A stretch of 11,008 nt of DNA from Hadesarchaea archaeon. GTDB taxonomy: Archaea; Hadarchaeota; Hadarchaeia; Hadarchaeales; WYZ-LMO6. Below the pieces are notes generated by a model that ran no database searches, was not told the DNA's origin, and worked only from the letters and a program-made list of their open reading frames with translations. The position numbers and the translations under genes are program-made. The DNA is taken from assembly GCA_029259185.1 (NCBI GenBank), contig JAPDJF010000011.1, positions 1 to 11,008 on the forward strand, in the 5' to 3' direction. Shown piece after piece: positions 6,583 through 11,008 of the stretch (position 1 is its first letter; each line of letters opens with the position of its first letter).

Positions 6583-7503
6583 TTACGTTCCAACGAGAAC
6601 GGTCTCCGTTAGTTCCTTGAGCATCGTTATCGCTGACAACGCCGCCATATAGCTCGTTCGCGGGTTACCCGGAGAGGGCACGTTCCTGGCCACAGTCTTG
6701 AACTCCCCCACCACGCCACTCATGCTCACTTCATGCACGTTCCTGTTCAACTTCGGATCGGCGATCACCCTGACCTTTGTCTTGTCAAATCCCACCGCTA
6801 GTCCTATGGTCGCGGCGATGTTCACGCTTTCTGGAAAAGCTCTGACGGCCTCCCTGCAAGAACCTTCGAACACCACCATTGGCTCCTTCAATTTCTCCAC
6901 ATCTATTCCCCGATCCCGTAAGTACTGACTGTAAGAGAGTGCCCGCGGTGGTTTCCTCGTGGTGAGGAGAACCTCCTTCACCCCCACCAAGCTCGCCGAT
7001 TTTATTCCATCTATCCCGAGAATCGAACCCGAGGGAATGTGGATCCTCCTACCACTCCCCGCAGCCGCCTCGCGTAGCCTGTGAAGCAATTTCTCATCGA
7101 CGAGAGCACCTACACTCATTATCATCAAATCCTTACCCGAACGCAGGACCCTTACCCCGTATTTCGAAACAGCTGCTTGCGAAGCTGCCTCGATCACCAT
7201 CTCCGTCCCCTCGTCGGCCAGTATTTCATCTATTCTCTTCGCGATCTTCGGTTTCGTATTGAGTTTCTTGCGAAGTGCCCTGCTCTTTTGGAGATCCAAA
7301 TCGAAAACGAACCTCAACCTCGTGTTTCCTGCTTCGCCCCTGTCAATCGCTTTGGCCAGAGTGGTACCTATTTCCCCACATCCCAAGAGCGAAATCCCTA
7401 AGAACCCTCCCCCCTGCCTCGGGATTTTCCCGAGTTTCGCTCTCCCAATGGAAGGATCCCTACTCGCGCGGGGGGGTAAGGACACTTCAGACAAACTCGC
7501 CAC
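6583..7503 (-). CDS. nadX: L-aspartate dehydrogenase (NAD biosynthesis); start uncertain
   Basis: LLGCGEIG Rossmann motif, IEAASQAAV, MSVGAL, PSGSILGIDG, TTRKPP, FPESVNIAAT, NVHEV and NPRTSYMAALS. The recognisable domain begins at about 7404. The nearest in-frame canonical starts are GTG 7485, TTG 7494 and GTG 7503. Confidence 0.88.
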   Translation of the reverse strand: MASLSEVSLPPRASRDPSIGRAKLGKIPRQGGGFLGISLLGCGEIGTTLAKAIDRGEAGNTRLRFVFDLDLQKSRALRKKLNTKPKIAKRIDEILADEGTEMVIEAASQAAVSKYGVRVLRSGKDLMIMSVGALVDEKLLHRLREAAAGSGRRIHIPSGSILGIDGIKSASLVGVKEVLLTTRKPPRALSYSQYLRDRGIDVEKLKEPMVVFEGSCREAVRAFPESVNIAATIGLAVGFDKTKVRVIADPKLNRNVHEVSMSGVVGEFKTVARNVPSPGNPRTSYMAALSAITMLKELTETVLVGT

Positions 7504-7668
7504 CCTTCCATCCTTCGAGGCGTGAAGCTTAAACCTATCGAACTCGCTCCCCAGTTTTGAGGATTGGGAAAAGGATAAAAAAAATGCCTCCGATAAGAAA
7601 TGTGCCCTGCTCAGATACTGGACTCTGCAACACCGAACGAGCTGGAGTGTAGGAGTGGGGAAGAGAAG

Positions 7669-9990
7669 ATGGGGCGATACATAGCGCAACTGGAAGACCT
7701 GAACAAATACTCTCTTCCCTTGGTAGGGGGAAAAGCCGCGAACTTGGGGGAGATGTACAACGCCGGACTACCCGTGCCCTATGCTTTTGTGGTAACGGTC
7801 AAAGCCTATGAAGAGTTCTTGGAGAAAAGTGGGTTGAAGGAAAAAATACTCAAGATCTTGGACGAGACGAACACCGATGACCCCACGGAACTGGGGAAAA
7901 ACACGGAAAAGATACGCTCGATGATAGAGGAGGCTGAGATCCCTCAAGAGATAAAAGAAGAAATAATACGGAGTTACAAAGAACTGTCGAAACGTTTCGG
8001 AAAGGAAGAGGAGTACGTGGCGGTGAGGAGTTCCGCTACCGCGGAGGATGTGCCCGATGCATCGTTCGCCGGACAGCAGCTCACCATTCTGAACGTGAAG
8101 GGTGCCGAGAACGTTCTCGAAGCCGTTAAGAGATGCTGGGCATCGCTCTTCACGGCTAGAGCCACGTTCTACAGGAAGAGGAAGGGTTTTGATCATGCCA
8201 AAGTACTGATAGCCATACCCGTGCAAAAACAACTTGGAGCGCTGGGCAAGGAAGCCTACCTGGAGGGGAGGTACAAAGCGGGAGTGGGTTTCACCATCCA
8301 CCCGACAACGGGTGACAGGGACAAAATAGTTATCGAAGGTTCTTGGGGCCAAGGAGAGAGTGTGGTTTCGGGTTCGGTTACCCCTGACACTTACGTGTTA
8401 GACAAGAAGACGGGAGAGGTGGTCGAGAAACACGTTTCGAATAAGTCGAAAATGAGTGTGGCTGTCCAAGGGGGAGGGGTAGAGGAGGTCGAGGTACCCC
8501 CATCTATGGCTAAGAAGGAGTGCCTTACGGAGAAAGAGATAAAACAACTGTGGCAACTCGCGCTGAAGCTCGAGGATCATTACAAGTCCCCCCAAGACTT
8601 CGAGTGGGTGAGTGAGGACGAAAACGTTTACCTCGTGCAAGCCCGACCGGTGACGGTCTTCTATGAGGAAAAGGCTGAGGAGATAGAGGTAAAGAACGAG
8701 CCCATTCTCAAAGGGCTACCCGCTTCCCCCGGGGTGGCGATAGGAAAGGTGAGAATCGTAAAAACCCCCGAGGAGGCCCGAGAGCGTCTGCAGCAAGGCG
8801 ACATTTTGGTCACGGAGATGACCTCCCCTGACTGGGTGCCCTACATGAAGATCGCCTCCGGAATCGCCACCGCCGAAGGGGGAATCACCTCGCATGCGGC
8901 CATCGTCTCCCGGGAATTGGGGATACCGTGCATCGTGGGAGCCAAGGGAGCCATGGAGATTCTGAAAGACGACATGATCATTACGCTAGACTCCAGGAAA
9001 GGATTGGTGTACGAGGGGGAGATAAGGGAACTCCTAGCTAGGGAAAAGGCCATGGAAGTCTCGCCCGAAGACGTGGCGAAACTGAAGACTCGGACCAAGA
9101 TACTGATGAACCTCGGCCAACCTGAGGAGATAGAGAGGTACAAGTCCCTCCCCTTCGAGGGGATCGGTCTGATGAGGGTCGAATTCATAATAGCGAGTTG
9201 GGTGGGAGAACATCCCAACCTCTTACTGGAGAGAGGTGAAGGAGAGAAGTACACCGAGAAGCTCGCCGAGGGGATAGCCAGAGTAGCCAGAGCTATCTAT
9301 CCCAGATTCGTGGTCGTCAGGTTCTCTGACTTCAAGACGAACGAATACAGAGAACTCGCAGGAGGAGACAAGTACGAGCCCACAGAGGCCAACCCAATGT
9401 TGGGGTGGAGGGGAGTCTCTCGGTACATAAGCCCCCAGTTCGAAAAGGCTTTCAGGTTGGAGTGCAGGGCGATAAGAAAAGTCAGAGAGGAGATGGGATT
9501 AGACAACGTTTGGGTGATGCTACCTTTCGTCCGAACCACGTGGGAGGTTGATAGGTGTCTCAAGATAATGGAAAACGAGGGGTTGCGTAGAGGGGAGAAG
9601 TTCAAAGTGTGGCTCATGGCGGAGGTTCCGAGTATCGTCCTGTTAGCGGATGAATTCTCAGCATTCTGCGATGGGTTCAGCATAGGGAGCAACGATTTGA
9701 CCCAACTCATCCTCGGAGTTGACAGGGACTCCGGAATACTGGCGAACATGGGATACTTCGACGAGAGGAATGAAGCCGTGAAACGGGCGATAGCTACCCT
9801 CATCAAAACCGCCCACGAGAGGGGTATAACGGTCTCCATATGCGGTCAAGCTCCGAGCGTGTATCCGGAGTTCACCGAGTTCCTGATAGAGCAGGAGATC
9901 GATAGTGTTTCCGTGAACCCTGACACCGTAGCACGAACCAAACTCTTGGTGTACCAGGTCGAAGAAAAGATAAGGAAAGTGGGAAGTTAA
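7669..9990 (+). CDS. ppsA: Phosphoenolpyruvate synthase (pyruvate, water dikinase)
   Basis: VGGKAANLGEM, AVRSSATAED, SFAGQQ, phospho-His motif GGITSHAAIVSRELGIP, EANPMLGWRG, SIGSNDLTQL and ICGQAPS. ATG 7669 is preferred over 7600. Confidence 0.95.
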   Translation: MGRYIAQLEDLNKYSLPLVGGKAANLGEMYNAGLPVPYAFVVTVKAYEEFLEKSGLKEKILKILDETNTDDPTELGKNTEKIRSMIEEAEIPQEIKEEIIRSYKELSKRFGKEEEYVAVRSSATAEDVPDASFAGQQLTILNVKGAENVLEAVKRCWASLFTARATFYRKRKGFDHAKVLIAIPVQKQLGALGKEAYLEGRYKAGVGFTIHPTTGDRDKIVIEGSWGQGESVVSGSVTPDTYVLDKKTGEVVEKHVSNKSKMSVAVQGGGVEEVEVPPSMAKKECLTEKEIKQLWQLALKLEDHYKSPQDFEWVSEDENVYLVQARPVTVFYEEKAEEIEVKNEPILKGLPASPGVAIGKVRIVKTPEEARERLQQGDILVTEMTSPDWVPYMKIASGIATAEGGITSHAAIVSRELGIPCIVGAKGAMEILKDDMIITLDSRKGLVYEGEIRELLAREKAMEVSPEDVAKLKTRTKILMNLGQPEEIERYKSLPFEGIGLMRVEFIIASWVGEHPNLLLERGEGEKYTEKLAEGIARVARAIYPRFVVVRFSDFKTNEYRELAGGDKYEPTEANPMLGWRGVSRYISPQFEKAFRLECRAIRKVREEMGLDNVWVMLPFVRTTWEVDRCLKIMENEGLRRGEKFKVWLMAEVPSIVLLADEFSAFCDGFSIGSNDLTQLILGVDRDSGILANMGYFDERNEAVKRAIATLIKTAHERGITVSICGQAPSVYPEFTEFLIEQEIDSVSVNPDTVARTKLLVYQVEEKIRKVGS

Positions 9991-10024
9991 TTTCAGATAG
10001 ACCACACCTTTTTGGAGGAGCCCG

Positions 10025-10900
10025 ATGAACCCAGAGTACACACCCGTTGAACCAGGATTCGGAGGCATGCAAGGGGCATATGAACGGGCCAAGGTCGTGT
10101 TCGTGGGGATCCCGATGGACTGCACTTCCTCATATCGTAGCGGTGCCCGATTCGGCCCATCCAGGATACGTGAGGCTTCCATCAACATGGAAACGTATCT
10201 TCCGTCTCTGGATGTAGATGTCTACGAAACCGTGAACATTTCTGATCTAGGAGACCTCGTGCTGTCATCGGATCTCACCAAGGACGGGATGAGCGTGACC
10301 GAAACCGTCAAGAAGTTGATCGGAGATGGAAAAATCCCTGGATTACTGGGTGGAGAACACACCCTCACCTGCTTCGCGCTCCGAGCTTTCGACGATGTGT
10401 ACGTGCTCCACTTCGATGCTCACAGGGATCTCAGGGACGAATATCTGGGAAGCCGAGTGAACCACGCCACCGTGATGCGCAGGGTTCTCGACCGGATGAA
10501 ACCTGAGAAGCTCATCCAGCTTGGGATCCGATCCTCCTCTAAGGAAGAAGCTGAATTCGCGAGAGAGAAGGGAATTCGCACCTACACTACCGAGGAGATC
10601 CTTCGATCCGGCACCGAGATCATGAAGGAAGTGCGAAGGGTGGTAGGAAGTTCTCCAGTTTACCTCACGATCGATATCGACGTTTTAGACCCAGCCTTCG
10701 CCCCAGCTGTTTCCACCCCTGAGCCTGGCGGACTGTCCACCGTGGACCTCCTAAAACTCATAAGGGCCACGGGAGGACTGGAGATAAAGGGATTCGATGT
10801 CGTGGAAGTGACACCCCCCTTCGACTCTGGAAATACCGCTTTCGCCGCGTCGAAAGTGATCTATGAGATACTGGGACTCCTGTCAACTACCCCTCCCTAA
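10025..10900 (+). CDS. speB: Agmatinase (ureohydrolase family)
   Basis: GARFGPSRIREAS, GGEHTLT, HFDAHRDLRD, TIDIDVLDPAFAP and TPEPGG. GGAGG SD upstream. Confidence 0.92.
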   Translation: MNPEYTPVEPGFGGMQGAYERAKVVFVGIPMDCTSSYRSGARFGPSRIREASINMETYLPSLDVDVYETVNISDLGDLVLSSDLTKDGMSVTETVKKLIGDGKIPGLLGGEHTLTCFALRAFDDVYVLHFDAHRDLRDEYLGSRVNHATVMRRVLDRMKPEKLIQLGIRSSSKEEAEFAREKGIRTYTTEEILRSGTEIMKEVRRVVGSSPVYLTIDIDVLDPAFAPAVSTPEPGGLSTVDLLKLIRATGGLEIKGFDVVEVTPPFDSGNTAFAASKVIYEILGLLSTTPP

Positions 10901-10985
10901 AGGAAGGGGCTTGTCCCCGAGGTGGAACCGAAATGTCCCAAAAACCCCGGAACAATAGGCCGGTTGACGGCGGCCCTAGCGGCGA
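10862..10985 (-). ncRNA. Predicted TnpB omegaRNA (reRNA) scaffold plus guide
   Basis: Stem GGCCG/CGGCC (10975-10971/10962-10958) has a loop GTCAAC complementary to the terminal GTTGAC (pseudoknot). A second stem is TTGTTCCGGGG/CCTCGGGGACAA, followed by the right-end hairpin and flank AGGAGTCCCAGTATCTCATA as guide. Transcript ends are inferred. Confidence 0.7.
10882..10912 (-). mobile_element. IS200/IS605 right end
   Basis: Minus strand AAG-CCCCTTCC-TTTA-GGGAGGGG-TAGTTGAC: an 8-bp subterminal hairpin (10890-10909) similar to the left-end hairpin, ending in TTGAC. Confidence 0.85.
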
Positions 10986-11008
10986 TGTTGAGCGCCGCAA
11001 CGTGGTCG
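10897..11008 (-). CDS. tnpB: TnpB C-terminal fragment entering from the window edge
   Basis: Minus-strand translation DHVAALNIAARAAVNRPIVPGFLGHFGSTSGTSPFL* contains the RuvC-III D-x-x-A-A-x-N-I motif plus the AAVN-x-P-I-V tail typical of TnpB. Confidence 0.85.
   Translation of the reverse strand, partial: DHVAALNIAARAAVNRPIVPGFLGHFGSTSGTSPFL

Noticed and set aside
7400-7485. tRNA-like fold in the nadX leader
   Set aside because: No T-loop (TTCRA) or D-loop consensus in the expected positions.
7504-7689. Long N-terminal extensions of nadX (from 7689) and ppsA (from 7600)
   Set aside because: They would overlap head-to-head and cover the AT-rich divergent promoter region; no family similarity is recognisable.
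758-10188. Numerous overlapping or antisense ORFs in the track (e.g. 815-1222, 4151-4669, 5013-5720, 6059-6547, 7768-8352, 9297-9839)
   Set aside because: They are shadow frames of well-supported genes and have no motifs of their own.
10922-11008. Plus-strand reading MEPKCPKNPGTIGRLTAALAAMLSAATWS resembling a DMT/EamA transporter start
   Set aside because: It is the antisense shadow of the TnpB C-terminus, which is independently supported by the right-end hairpin and pseudoknot.

Overview
Archaeal genomic segment, judged from TATA/BRE-like promoters, GGTGA-type SD sites and the DUF1614/UPF0280/Thi4/NadX gene content; a lineage such as Hadarchaeota is only a guess. Core genes are a small wHTH protein, a membrane-anchored His-heptad coiled-coil protein, an epimerase-transaldolase-DUF1614 operon, nadC, a UPF0280/ApbE-like protein, a His-type (sulfide-using) thi4, nadX, ppsA and speB. 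The ORF track misses that both window edges lie inside IS200/IS605-family (IS1341-like) tnpB elements in the same (-) orientation. The left edge has the left end, a candidate TAM and the tnpB N-terminus. The right edge has the tnpB C-terminus, an omegaRNA scaffold and the right end, which supplies the last codons of speB. A third, decayed tnpB of a different subtype lies at about 3440-3920. No CRISPR array, tRNA or rRNA was recognised.
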